DNA of 62,994 nucleotides, filler included, from Atractiella rhizophila (Eukaryota): the NCBI GenBank assembly GCA_021432655.1. It is 3 parts of 2 records of this genome, joined end to end, with 100 filler letters (N's around TTAATTAATTAA, not from the genome) between each part and the next. Parts side by side here need not be neighbours in the genome. Positions count along the whole stretch, not along the records: positions 1 to 11,982 come from MU271602.1; positions 12,083 to 38,595 come from MU271602.1; 1 more part is not named here. One strand, given 5' to 3'. A program made the translations under genes and the position numbers. The stretch's first letter is position 1; each line of letters opens with the position of its first letter. This document shows positions 11,600 through 23,844 of the stretch, piece after piece. The notes below the pieces were generated by a model. It searched no databases. It saw only the letters and a program-made list of their open reading frames with translations, and had not been told where the DNA came from.

Positions 11600-11982
11600 T
11601 CAGCCCTCTCCCCCTTCTCCAGCATTTATGAGTGCGCGTAAGGGGAAACTGGCCGCACTACCCAATACCAGTCCGAGAGTGAGAGCTAGAGTCGTTGTAG
11701 TAGCTGCAATCTATTCCAGCCATGTGACGTCAGCCATTTCCTAAACTTAACAAATGGAGCCAAAGGGAAAAGGTATGTCGGATTTTGAGAGCGAAGCCAG
11801 GATGACCCTGAGAGTCGTCGAACTCACATCGATCTCGTCTTTTTCTAGAATTGGATCTCGGATAGATCGTACAGAAATGAGGGTAGAGAGGTAGCCGTTG
11901 GAGAGAGCGAAGGCGAACAGGATGAGGAGGTACACTTTCCCATTGCAAACATCAGCCACACGCGACGAAATGGAGAATGAAA
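11600..11982 (-). CDS. Partial duplicate (3' exons) of the nucleoside transporter gene, cut by an assembly gap
   Basis: Matches 15502-15884: YLLILFAFALSNGYLSTL ... GSAASFPLRALINAGEGGEG*. Confidence 0.7.
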
Positions 11983-12082
11983 NNNNNNNNNNNNNNNNNN
12001 NNNNNNNNNNNNNNNNNNNNNNNNNNTTAATTAATTAANNNNNNNNNNNNNNNNNNNNNNNNNNNNNNNNNNNNNNNNNNNN
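11983..12082. other. Assembly spacer (N run with six-frame-stop linker TTAATTAATTAA)
   Basis: 100-bp N block with the linker at 12027-12038. Confidence 0.98.
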
Positions 12083-13671
12083 ACTTCTACTCATGTCTGG
12101 TGAAAGTGGACGAATCCTATTCTTATGTTCAACAATAGTCCCTCGAGGAAGCCAGACCATACTCACAGGAATTCCAGGAAGCGGGAAAGAGGTTGCGAAA
12201 GCCTCGACTTCCTCCTTCAATTCCCTAATCACCCTTGCGCCATCTCCGTTCCCTTCAGCGGTCTTCAAGAAGTCCTTTAACAACTTGCTCTTCCCGTTTC
12301 CTTCTGTGCAGTTTCCGCAATCTTGACCACCCGGATCCAGAACGCAGCAACATGCGATTTGGTTGCGAGGATGGAGGTGATTACAGGTGTTACCGTGGCT
12401 GGCTTTCGATGGTAACGGTAGGCGGCAAGGGCGGAAGAAATGGACAAGGACATGGCAGCTGCCACTATGTAATGCTGTGCGAGAATAAGCTGTAAGGCAA
12501 AGGAGGGAGTACGCAGACCGATAGGAAGAGGAATGGTGTCGAACGTAACAAGCCGAGAAGAGAGCGATGTGAAGAAAGAGGCGGAGGCTGTTTCAAAGTA
12601 AACATAAAAATTAGTCAAGGTTACAATAAAAGAATACAGAGAAATTGAGAGCAGTATTCCACCCAGTGCAGTGCCGCTGCTCCTAGGATTGCACTTGAGC
12701 TAGCACTAGAGGAGTTGGCCGTGGATCACCGGTCCATTGCAAACCATTGGCCCATAAGAACGCTGCAATGGCAATGACCCATTGACGTGCAACTAATATT
12801 GCCCATTATCCCTCAATCAAGATGGCATACATACCTTGAACTACAAAGTATACTGCCCCTCGGAAACCTCTCCAAGGTATTCAAGCCGTTTGAAATTCCG
12901 AAGTTGTGGTCGAAGCCGTCGCAAAAAGAGCTGGAGAGGTGCAGCACCGAAGCATGTACCCTTCCAGCAAGCTTTTAACTCCAAATGGAGAGGTGTTGGT
13001 GTAGAGAGGACCACTGAGCTTTCTGTGTCGGTGTAAGCATAGCAGGAACGCTTCTGCCATCAATCTAGGAAGTGCATCTCAATAAAAACTAAGGACAAGC
13101 TTGCATGAACGAAGTGATATCCAGAGAGTCCTTTCATACTTATGAACGACTGCCACCATACAGATCCAAGTCCACAGTAAGTTTAGGACTCTCCTTCAAC
13201 CACCCCATGCAAGCAGATAGCAAAAACTTACCTGATGCCTGCATTCCCTCGTCGACTTCCTCGCTAGTTGACAAACCTGCGAAAGGAGGCGGTCGGAGAT
13301 ATGATGTCACATTCAAACGACGACGAACCGAACAAGGCGGAAACGACAAACTCAACAATTCCTCAGCTATCGCCTTTCCTACGCGTGTCAAACTGCTTCT
13401 GTTGCTTGAGGGATATGGTGAGTAGGTTTACGGACGATTTTTTTCACTTTGAACGCGCTTTTCACTCCGGGTCACTAAATTTTCACTTTTGGGGCCCCTG
13501 ATTTTGCGACGCGTTTTTTCCGACAATTGTGAGCATTTCGACTCCGGTCCGACTTCTATGGGGAGAGGGATAATCCTTATGTTATGTGGGAATGTTTTAT
13601 TTTGGTTATTGGAGGTGGAATTGGGCAGAAAAGTGCGTTTTTCGGTCCTAAATTAGCGTGGCGTGCAGACT
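12083..13671 (-). repeat. Dispersed repeat, inverted diverged copy of 33540-34952; carries an SHMT 3' fragment
   Basis: The reverse complements align from agtctgcacgccacgctaatttaggaccg to catgagtagaagt. This copy has extra internal segments (e.g. ~13063-13200). Both ends run into gaps. Confidence 0.9.
12087..12355 (-). pseudogene. Serine hydroxymethyltransferase C-terminal fragment
   Basis: RVVKIAETAQKETG / LLKDFLKTAEGNGDGARVIRELKEEVEAFATSFPLPGIP resembles the fungal SHMT C-terminus. It has frameshifts and no upstream catalytic domain. Confidence 0.65.
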
Positions 13672-13696
13672 NNNNNNNNNNNNNNNNNNNNNNNNN
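13672..13696. other. Assembly gap (25 N)
   Basis: N run. Confidence 0.98.
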
Positions 13697-14960
13697 AGTG
13701 TGTAGCCAAGGAGTTCCCGAGTTGATGACCGCCTTCGATTCCTAGCAGTGAAGCGATCTTTCCCTCTTTCTGTGACTTTTTAATGTCTGAAGAGGTAAGA
13801 GCGAGAGAGAGAAGCTGTCAGGATATTGAGCGATGAGTTGAAGGGCCACGTCAATCTGTTCCAGGGTATCCCGCACACGATCATTCGGTAATAACAGGTC
13901 AGAGTTCGTGACTGAGGAGTTTCCAGCTTGATCGGGAGGGCAGTCGGCGTAGACGCTCCAAAAGAACCCTCCCACGCCCCCTGTGGATAATCAGATCAGC
14001 GACTGAAATCTACTCTTTCTTGTCGTGCGGATGCAATAAGGATGGGAGCTGGCGAAAACGGGCTATAATATTGATTCTTCGTTAACACTCCATTGATTCA
14101 AAAATAGAGCCTGAAAAAGTGCGTATTCGCATGGTAAGCTGCCCCCTACATTATGATTGATACAGTTAATAAGGTCGCAACGCACGTCCGCAACATCAAC
14201 CGGGTTACTGTTGACTTGAAAAAGGATCATGTGGACCACATTGGACTGTGTGAAGCTGACATGAATAACGAGCAGAAATAAGTGCTATTCGCAACTCAGC
14301 CAACCACACAACTTGAGACGTGCCAGAACCTCTGACAACCAGCCGGGACTCAAAATGTGTCCCATCTTCCGCCTCTAGTTCAAGTCCAAACTTTTGTACA
14401 TAAATGCACAGTTCAGACCTAGGTCATACCTGTGGCTGATGGTCAAGGGCAAGTGAAGACGCTAGTTAAACTAAACTACGCTGAAGCCTGGATACCGCTT
14501 TTCTAAAGTTTATTCACCCCTCGAACAGGACTCCAAATAGCTCAGACGGCTGACAAATGACGAAAAAGTACGCCATTCGTGCTCTCAGCCACCGCTCGCT
14601 GTCCCTGTCCCTACAAGACAAGTACATACCTTCTCTCAACTTGGGTATATCGACATGCCCACCCACTCCCTCCTCTCCCGTCTTCCTCAGATCCATATTT
14701 CCAGTTTGCAATCCATACTTCCACCGAGCAAAAATGGGCAAGTCGATATGCCCGTCAATGAGAGGATATTTGTCTAATAATTCCTTAGCTGTTAACTGCT
14801 TTTGACTTCCGGTTAAGAGATGCGGTAGGTAGTGGGGCAGTAAGTAGACCACCACGACTAGGACGGAGAGGAGCGCGAGGAGACGCGTGCGAGATCGGCG
14901 ATTCGGAGTGGCAGAAGACGTGGGGGGAGGGAGGAGTGGCGCTTTCTCCTGGTTTGCCAT
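13697..14960 (-). CDS. Membrane dipeptidase (M19), 5' half of the insertion-free copy, cut by a gap
   Basis: MANQEKAPLLPPPTSS..., TM segment and PLIDGHIDLP are continuous from ATG 14960. The second exon is [12 protein letters not shown]. Confidence 0.8.
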
Positions 14961-15501
14961 CTTTGCAACGCAGCTTGAGGTGGAAAGGCAGAGTTCGTTG
15001 GAGGCGTGAAATAAATACGAAATTCAATTTGAAAATGATCGATAAGTACTCTAATCTGAGATGCCTATTCTGGAGCTGATGCAACGAGATTGGCTCCGCT
15101 CTCTGTTTCATTTCGACTGCTTGAATCCAGTCAAACCAAGAATCTAAACATTAGTGGTCAACATCGGTGACAAGGTCCTTGGTTTGTTTTGACGTTGGCT
15201 TTGAGCTATCCTTTCGCACATTCTTTCAACACACTTTGCCCAATGGCTGCTGCTGCCATGTATTTCAAGACAACAAATATGACATGTTTTATCTATCAGC
15301 AAGTAGCTGTGTTCAAGAGGATGAAAATGTGTGGCCATTCAAATGGTTTTCATCTTCTTGCTCACTGTGGCAAGATTTCGGAATCGATCGCGAGCGCCAA
15401 GAGCCACAATCTATGAGACGTCTCTCTCGATCTATGATCTCAAAAATATCGTGAGTCTATTTCCCCAAAGATTCCATGATGCCCTTCTGACAAATAGTGA
15501 A

Positions 15502-17662
15502 TCAGCCCTCTCCCCCTTCTCCAGCATTTATGAGTGCGCGTAAGGGGAAACTGGCCGCACTACCCAATACCAGTCCGAGAGTGAGAGCTAGAGTCGTTGT
15601 AGTAGCTGCAATCTATTCCAGCCATGTGACGTCAGCCATTTCCTAAACTTAACAAATGGAGCCAAAGGGAAAAGGTATGTCGGATTTTGAGAGCGAAGCC
15701 AGGATGACCCTGAGAGTCGTCGAACTCACATCGATCTCGTCTTTTTCTAGAATTGGATCTCGGATAGATCGTACAGAAATGAGGGTAGAGAGGTAGCCGT
15801 TGGAGAGAGCGAAGGCGAACAGGATGAGGAGGTACACTTTCCCATTGCAAACATCAGCCACACGCGACGAAATGGAGAATGAAACTGGACGGGGCTAGGT
15901 ACGCACAAGAGTCCGATTTGATAGATCCTTTGCCAGTCACATTGCAAGCGAGAATGAGTGGCTGTGTCATGTCCGTCAATACTTCTACCCATGGGATGAT
16001 AAAAGAATGGGGTATGTGTATGACAAAGACGGACCATGAACAGAGTTCTAGCAGCGCTCCACCATGCTAATTCCGTCTTACTGCCTCGATCAAATCCTTT
16101 CAGTTCCACCAGAGCGCGGCCAATCCTAACCAAAGGAGTATCAGCGTCACCAACAGAAGTCAAACGTATATGGTGAAAAATGAGATACCAAAGGGGAACA
16201 CAGGGAAGGGGAAACGGACCAATCTCCAGCATTGAATACCACGAAACCTACAGCAGGCCACCATCCCTGCTCCTCTCCATCCATATCAATCGCCCAACTC
16301 GAAGATCGTATATCGACCGTGATACTAGGAAACAGGGACAGAGTAACCAAGAAAATGTAGAGGACGGCTCCATTCCAGAGTCTCAATTTGGATGCAACAG
16401 ATCGAATGACCCTCCAATTCGACGCAATGTTCTTTTGTCCGGCTCCGACAACGGCTAGCGCTTCAGAAGAAGCTGACGCTGCTGAACGAAGAACGAGGGC
16501 ATAAGTGGGGTCGGTCGTTAGCAGTCGTAGCGCCAGGAGGGAGAGGAGGATGTAAATGAGGCAAACGACAAAGAACGCAGGTACACCTCCTCCTCCCAAT
16601 CCTTCTTCTGTCGCGCCACCATCTGGAGGATACCGAGTAGCCGGAGTATCGGAAGTGAGAGTGGTGACCAGCTGCACGACGGAAATCCCAAAGCCTAACC
16701 CCCCCATGCCAGAGAGGGTGGATTGGAGGTACGTGGGACCGTACAGGGACGCCAGGGCGGTAATCGCATTCTACCCTCCGAATAAAGAGTGAGCGACGCC
16801 TAAAAGGGGGCGGGCACAAAACCGCATACTTGTAGGTATGAACCGACAGCTGATAATGCCAGAGTTACAACGAGCAGGTAAAAGTAATACCACCTAAGTA
16901 ATTTTAAGCATCAACGCGGAGCATAATGACGCAGAACCCACCATTCACTTAAATGTATCACGCTTGTGAGGACGAGCGTGATAAACAGAAACAGAGAGCT
17001 CCAGAGAGCTCCTCTAGCTCTCGAATCCGCCTTACTCTATTACCATAATCAGTATTGCAATAGCTTGATCCGAGACAAAGGCAAGTGAGACATGACTAGT
17101 CTCCAAAAACGCACAACATCTTGTGTCCAATTTGCAGCGACAAGGAAGCCTAAATCTCCTGCCGTGAAAAGGAGGGAGAGAGTGGAGGAGATGCCACGTC
17201 CATGTCCTCTGTTCACGCATTCACGACAGGTTGATCAGATGAAGCAGCTGTGTGTGGGAACATGCGCACGAGGAAGCAAGTCGCGAGGTAAAGTATGGAA
17301 ACACTACGATTAGAGCTGTCCTCCACCAAGCTATGAGTTATCCATGTTCGACAGGTACGAACGCGCTGACCATTCCACGGTAAACTAAATGCGGCTCCAA
17401 GCACAAAGAAGATCCAATATGTTCTCCCATCTTTTACATCTTTTTCTTCCAAAAGGTCCTGCCCACCTCTACTGCTGCTGCTGAAACTAACACGCGAGGC
17501 CTGTCTAGATGTTTGGCGTGACTGCCAGATGAGTGGCTCTGTTTCTAACTCGTCCTCCTCTGTCGCATACTCGTCATCATTGGCTAGGTTAGGAGGTGGC
17601 GGAGAAGTGGGAGAAGAAAGGGAAAGGGTGGAAAGACGATGGGAAGTGCCTGAGGAAGTCAT
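15502..17662 (-). CDS. Equilibrative nucleoside transporter (ENT/FUN26-like), multi-exon
   Basis: Motifs YWIFFVLGAAFSLPWN, GGLGFGISVVQ, IFLVTLSLFPSIT, GFVVFNAGDWIGR, FALSNGYLST, with many TM segments. The start is taken as MTSSGTS (uncertain). Confidence 0.85.
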
Positions 17663-18065
17663 GAAAGTTAGAAAGCCCCGAACTCTGCCGTTGTTGTTTT
17701 GAGTTTGCCTCCTCTGGACAGATTGGAACTGGGACAAAAGAGAATTGATAGGTGGAAGCGCTTCTGAAGTTTGGCTCAAGTGGGTCCATCCTCATTTCCA
17801 TCTTATTTACCCTGTCTTCAGCAGTGATGAGGAGCTTGTGGCGTCAAATTGGTGTTGTTCATGATAATATACTAGAGAAGCTACAGATGATGAGAAGGAG
17901 GTTGCATGTCGTTCATAGTAACGATTAATCCTCCTCTTTCAGATTCCCGCTTTGGGAACCATTCATTCTTTTTTGAAATATAAACTGGGAAGGCTTCATA
18001 AGCTACATGTAGGTTGCGACAGGAAACTCACTCACTTTTGATGATCGTCATATCGATCTCAGAGA

Positions 18066-18271
18066 TCAACATGTGCAAGAGCCATTGGCGCAACAAGCAG
18101 GAGAATCAGGAGAGCAGCTACTCTCCCCGCAATTCTTTCCCAAATCATAGATAAATATCTCTGGACAACGGCAAGATGGAATAAACCCACGCAATAACTA
18201 CAATAGTCGGCCTTTGCAGTGCCAATGAGCATGACAGCGACAAGGAGAAGCGCAGAGAGCTTGAACTGCAT
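18066..18271 (-). CDS. Small secreted cysteine-rich peptide, 49 aa (exons 18271-18191 and 18134-18066)
   Basis: Signal-peptide-like MQFKLSALLLVAVMLIGTAKA. A 56-bp GTGGGT...AAG intron yields mature DYCSYCNCGESSCSPDSPACCANGSCTC* (8 Cys). A TATA-like TATAAAAG lies ~75 bp upstream. Confidence 0.75.
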
Positions 18272-19571
18272 GCTGTTTTCTTTGATTTTAGCGAGCGGTA
18301 GAATTTTGCGATTGAGATGTTAGCGAATAGTGAGAATGTTGCCACTTTTATATGCTTGCCACATGTGCATTCGAGGAGATAGAGCATGAGAAGTTCCGAC
18401 TTCCCCACTGCTAGTAGCTTCCAGTGCGATGATCATCACTCTGTTGCCTAGACGCGAGTTCGATACCTCCGTAGCGTCTCATCTCAGACCCCAGCTCTTC
18501 TGTGTCCAGTCAACTACAGTAGGTTCACTTGCATGTTCACCTCGCCTCACTTTCACTGATATATATTCCTGTCATACTCGTTTGAAAGACTTTTGCTTTC
18601 TCGTCAAGTTCTCATAGGAACAATGCTAGCACAAGTGGCAAAAAGGCTGTGGATTCGGAACGCTGTTGAAATCACAGTTTTCATACCTGGGTATCCCCCG
18701 TCTGCCTTGTACACATTTGTCCCTCGTGCAGCAGAAGAGGGAGGATATGAAGAGAAATCATCCGTGGCTAAAAATGTCCTAATGTTAAATGTTACGATTG
18801 GTCTTCTGCCGTTCAACCTTCATCACAAAGTTCCTTTCTTGATTCAGGCCTCAAGGAGCCTTTGAACATACGCCTCCTTCAGCTTCACTGCCAGGCACTG
18901 TGCGATTGGGACGGCAAAGCAAAAAAGTGTTTGACGATCCCTCGCCAATTTTCTTACAAGTTGCCCAATGTATCGTTATTGAGTGTCCACCAGTGTGATG
19001 TTCTTGTTGGGAGCCAATGACTACAATGCAAGTTCTCACGTTTAGCTAAAAGCGTCTCCTCTGTCACTCACCGGGCGATTCTTCCAGTTGAGACTTTTAC
19101 TGAAGGTGTGCGAAGCTTTAGGTTGAACTCTCCGCCTTACCAATATCCCGATGGCGAACTTGCAAGCAGAGCATCGCATGAAAGTTTAGTTGCCGCCCAA
19201 CTTCCAGTCCTCAGTAAAAGTGGGGTCCAAATCCCTCTTTACGCTAAACCGTAGGTATTTCAATGGGTTAGAAATTGTACGATCCTTTGCTAGCAAAATG
19301 CGATTCCAGCTCATCATTTGCAACGGGCAAGTCTGGAACGAGCTGCAAAGACCAGCACAGAGGCAGGGACCAAGTTAGACCCTGACTCTCGTAGCCGAAG
19401 GTGCATTCAATTGTGGGAACCCCGTCCCCGATATCTGACGTTGTAATTGCACAGTGACGCGTCTGCGGCCTGCGATGAGAGCGGGGCTCCTGATAAAGGA
19501 CCCCCTTCCTGTTCCTTCGACTTCTCAGGGCTTCTAGGACGCTTCCTCTCGAACTGAGTCAAGGCACAAAA

Positions 19572-21600
19572 ATGAAAATGAAAAGCACTACTGCTTTTCT
19601 CTCGCTCTCGTGGCTTCTGTTCCCTACCAAAGTTGCGACTGCAAGAGGACTCTTTCTCCAGCCTGCCACATTCGAGCAGCTCGACTTTGAAAACTCTCTC
19701 ACACCTGCCGGTCTGGGAACTCTCGAGAATATCATCGAGACTGGGACGGAAGCTTGCAGCCCTTCTAATTCTCTGCAGTCGCGATGTCCGCCACATCAGG
19801 AAATTGATCTGTCTCAGTATACTCTCCGTCAAATCCTCAACTATACGCTTCACCATCCGGAGTCCAAACTCCCCATTCACAAGTTCGCTTCGGCGGCGAA
19901 TAAGACGACGGAGATAGAGAATGATGATGACTCTGTGGTCAAATGGAGGAGCTACTGGGACTACCTCGAGAATGCGGAGAAGAGTGATGCTCGTGCAACT
20001 ATTCTTATTCCTAGCGATCAACATTTGAATCGACGGAAGAAAAGGAAGAGGCATGAAGGAGACTTTTCAGGGTGGGACGTGGATGAAGAAACCAATCCGT
20101 TTGAAGAGGCCTTTGAAGTTTTCAGCGACAATCTCGACAGTGCTTTAGACTTTGATAGTGACAGAACTTCCTCCCTACACTATAACGACGAGTCGGATAC
20201 TGATCTCAAGCAAAGGATCCTGCGACTGGTAGTTGCTGTGCTATCGTATCACACACTTTCAATTGACGCCAATCGAATGCAACTAGCAGACTTATCTACG
20301 GCACCAACATTTCTACCCTCGAGCATTCGAGAAGACGATGGGAAGGAAGTAGTTGGAGTTCCCTACAGAGTCACCCTACCTAAATTCGGCTTGTTGAAGA
20401 GGGTACTGGTGAACTATTACGCCAGCCTGGTTGGCCCAACCATCAAAGCAAAAAATGGTACGAAATCGTGTTCTTGCCTCGCCAAAGTTCAACCAGATGA
20501 AGTACAACGAGTTAGGGTACATTCACGTCCTGGATGCTCCACTGTTCCCTCCCCCCTCCGCACTCAACACTCTCCTTCTCTTCCCCCAGCCATACTCAAC
20601 CGTCACTTCTTCGGCTTTTCAAGTATTAGCTCGAATGCACCGAGAACATGAACACTCATACTTTACAAGCTTAATCGACGATTACACTCAAGAAAGAGTG
20701 GAGAAAGGACGGCCAAAGGTTTACACCGCTTTTCCTCCCACCAATAAGGCATTCGGAAAACTGGGGTATATTTTCCCTACCTTGCTTTAAACGGAGACGT
20801 TGACGTTGAGAGTGAAGGGTCAAGGCCAACATCTTCCTGCACAGTCCACTGGGCATCAAGATCCTCAAGAAGATACTCGCTTATCACGTTGTTCCGCATG
20901 TCATCTTCCACTCGGACTACGTCTACAACGCAAGCTCCGACTTTATTGTTCAACCAACCTCTAGGCATGTCGACATCGACGCGTCCTCCCACTGGTTAAG
21001 GATTTGCTAGAGGCATGCGTTGACGAGGGATCCTGCATTCTTCCAATTCATGCGACGTATGCGCAAAAGGGTTGGCTTGACAAGCTCAGACGCCTGCTGC
21101 CGACTCATACCAGCGCTTTCCCTCCTTTACCTACCATGACAAACTCTCCTCATCCACCGAAGCACAAAGTGAACGTGACGGAGTACACGCTTCCAACCCT
21201 CCTGCATGGTCATGATCTACAAGTCTTTGTTGTTTCTTGGAGAGGACTCTTGGGGCGAGGACCAATCCAAAGATCGATGTTCGTGGTGGGAGCTGAGAAG
21301 GAAAAGGACGATTGGGCTGAGGATGTCGAGCTGGATGGAACGAAGGAACCACATAAACCCGGCAAGCCCAAGAAGCCCAAGAAGCCCAAGCATGGCAAGA
21401 AAAAGGCTCACGCGGCACCCATAATATTTGGTGATGCGGTTGCAAGGGCTGGAGCGATTCAGGTGCGTCATCCAAATCATGGTGATGACAGTTATTGATC
21501 CTGCTGTGTACAGACACTTCCAAGAGTTTTGATTCCCAAGTTCCATCAGCACGTGACGAGGAAGACGACGAGCAGGCTTACGACTGTTTTGAAGCATTGA
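19572..21600 (+). CDS. Fasciclin (FAS1) domain secreted/cell-surface protein
   Basis: Hydrophobic N-terminus. FAS1-type motifs ATILIPSD, VLSYHTL, KNGYIHVLDAPLFPP, YTAFPPTNKAF, KKILAYHVVP, and GAIQ|TLPRVLIP after splicing. Confidence 0.8.
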
Positions 21601-22337
21601 TTGACGAGTTTTGACAGCAGCAGTTTCGACGTGTTTAATGATTGTCCAATTTACCAGCAAAAAGAAGTTGAATGTACCATTTCAAGTTCTGTGACGGGGA
21701 CCTAGATGCCAAGAGATCGCAAGACATGGCATTGAAACATGGCTCTTAAGACAGAAAGTGGAATATCGTGGCGCTTGCAGTCTATCTATTCAACTTGAAT
21801 TTGAATTCCTTGATCACTGATCGCCCAATTTCCTCCCTTCTCGAACCCCTTCTCGTCCTCCACCTCAACCTGCTTGTTTTTCTTAGACTTCTTTGCGTTC
21901 GTGGTCACCATTTCACAATTCCTTTTCTCCATCTACTGTAAATTTAATATTGAAGGCGCCTGGGAAGAATTTGAGTGTTTGCTTCATGCGCCCGCCCAGC
22001 GTTTTCATAGAGAATCCTGTCGCTCATTGGGACTCGGAGAGATTTGGGTTGGAGATGCCGGACGCGCGTGCGACGTGTTTGATAGGTGGTGTGCTGGCCG
22101 GTTTCCTGTGGGCTAGCTTAAAGTGATTGAGAGGGGCATAGTCGATGCTTTAAAGGTTCTATCCTTATATCATTTCTTGACTTTCAAACAAGGCGTGTCT
22201 CGCATATTCAGGTTGTCAATCCAGTATTATTTCCAAGACTTTCTCCGCCCAAGTTTGTATTGCCAATAGGTCTCTGCATTGGCAATTATAGTGTACCGGG
22301 CAGGTCTTTAAAAACTAAGCGTACGTCTGTTTTTTCG

Positions 22338-23372
22338 ATGTTACCGAGTTTCCTGATGGAGATCTTTGTGGAGGAACGATACAGTGCTATTGCTCAAAAC
22401 ACAACTGATAACCAATATGCTCATTCCGTTGCTTCCTCCTTTGGTTACTCCAGTGAGAGCCTCGAGTCACTGCCTGAAGGAGCGAACATGGGTTTGTCAT
22501 GCGGAAATCCCGTGACGCTAGCCAATATTCAACCGGTCCGTTTTCTGGGGGCTTTCTCATATCTCGTATGGATTCGTTCTAATTGGTTTCAAGGGAGAAA
22601 TAATCGTGGATTTGGGAAGCGGTGCTGACATCGATGCCTTCCTCGCTGCAGACAAAGTTGGGTCCAGTGGAAAGGTTATTGGGGTAGATTTCTCACAGGC
22701 AAGGGTTCTTCAATAGTCATTCTTATCGCTTATGTCTCCACAGCATATGATTGACCGTGCTCGACAAAACGCCAGCAAGAGAGGATATCAATCCAATATC
22801 GAATTCAAGCATGCTCCAATCACTAATCTTCCTGTCGATGACAACAGCGTAGACTGCATTCTTAGCAACTGCGTAATTAACCTTGTCACCGACAAAAACA
22901 AAGTTATTCGTGAAATCTACCGTGCCCTGAAGCCTGGTGGTCGTATTAGCATTTCGGACATTGTCGCAAAGAAATTATTGCCTGCGAGGATGCAAGAAGA
23001 ATCTGCATATGTAGCATGCTTAGGTGGTGCGATTCAAGTCAACGAATATCGGAACTTGTTTGTCGCGGCTGGATTTCAAGGTATGTCTAGATTGCGGCCA
23101 ATCATGCCACCTAATTTGTCTAACAGATGTGAAATTCATTGATACCAAGGCAGACCTGAACGTTTTCAAGCCACTAGTAGAGGATGCTAATATCACAGTG
23201 GTAAAAAAAGGTGGTAGGTGTTGTGGCCCAATCAATCTTGGGGCTACGAACGATGAATTCGCGGAAGAAGATTTCAACAATTATCTTGGTGTGTTCACTG
23301 TTTGTTCCTAAAGAGCTCCACTCATCTACAAGGCTGATGTCAGCATCGTTCCAAATTTACGCAAAAAAGTAA
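22338..23372 (+). CDS. arsM: Arsenite S-adenosylmethionine methyltransferase (ArsM/AS3MT family); start uncertain
   Basis: Motifs [86 protein letters not shown], a C-terminal CC and ASFQIYAKK*. Includes a GC-AG intron at ~22699-22743. Confidence 0.88.
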
Positions 23373-23741
23373 CACCGGGTTGTCGAACTTCAAGTACAAA
23401 AGAAACGAAATTCATCTGACTTGTAACACTCAATAAATATGAAAGATCCTTCCTCAGAGCCTTGTTTTGTAGAATTCTAGAGGAAGATGGGACTTTTCTC
23501 CGTCTTCCTCCCGGCAGAGGATAGCACGGGCGCGTCGCCATTGTTGACAGCGCAACCGTCCCATTTCTGTCCAGTGCAAGTTATCCGAAATTAGATCCGG
23601 ACACTCCTCAGCTGGATTTCTCCTCTCTTCGTTTGAGCGACCATTTGCTCTGTCTCCCGCCAATCGTCCGATCGGATCAACACTCCATCGCTATCATCAA
23701 CGGATGGAATGCTGCTACCATTTTGAGAAGACACCATGAGT

Positions 23742-23749
23742 TTACGTAA
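23742..23749. promoter_or_regulatory. Candidate Yap/AP-1-type response element TTACGTAA upstream of ACR3
   Basis: Perfect palindrome ~55 bp upstream of TATAAAA (23804) and ~100 bp upstream of the ACR3 ATG. Confidence 0.45.
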
Positions 23750-23844
23750 TCGCGGATTCTGATTGACAATGTATTGCAAAAGTTGCCAACAGGTATGGGT
23801 ATCTATAAAACCATTGACAGTAAAGCAAACGCTAGGTCACGGTC

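Larger units (their letters stand above)
9731..15884. repeat. Direct duplication 9731-11982 vs 13697-15884, separated by gaps and a small contig
   Basis: The sequences are near identical. The offset is 3970 just left of the insertion site and 3902 right of it, a difference of 68 bp. Confidence 0.95.

Noticed and set aside
12027..12038. TTAATTAATTAA palindrome (also 38640-38651)
   Set aside because: It is centred in 100-bp N blocks, so it is an artificial six-frame-stop contig linker, not biology.
13795..13815. Extra GA frameshifting the second dipeptidase copy
   Set aside because: It is in a dinucleotide run ~100 bp from a contig end that has other small errors, so it is probably low-quality sequence.
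18600..19040. KKIGEGSSNTF...FVMKVE, kinase subdomain I/II-like relic on the minus strand
   Set aside because: No catalytic-loop or DFG-like motif found, and it is interrupted by stops.
19407..20054. 215-aa minus-strand ORF (and similar long antisense ORFs elsewhere)
   Set aside because: Shadow ORFs opposite well-supported genes.
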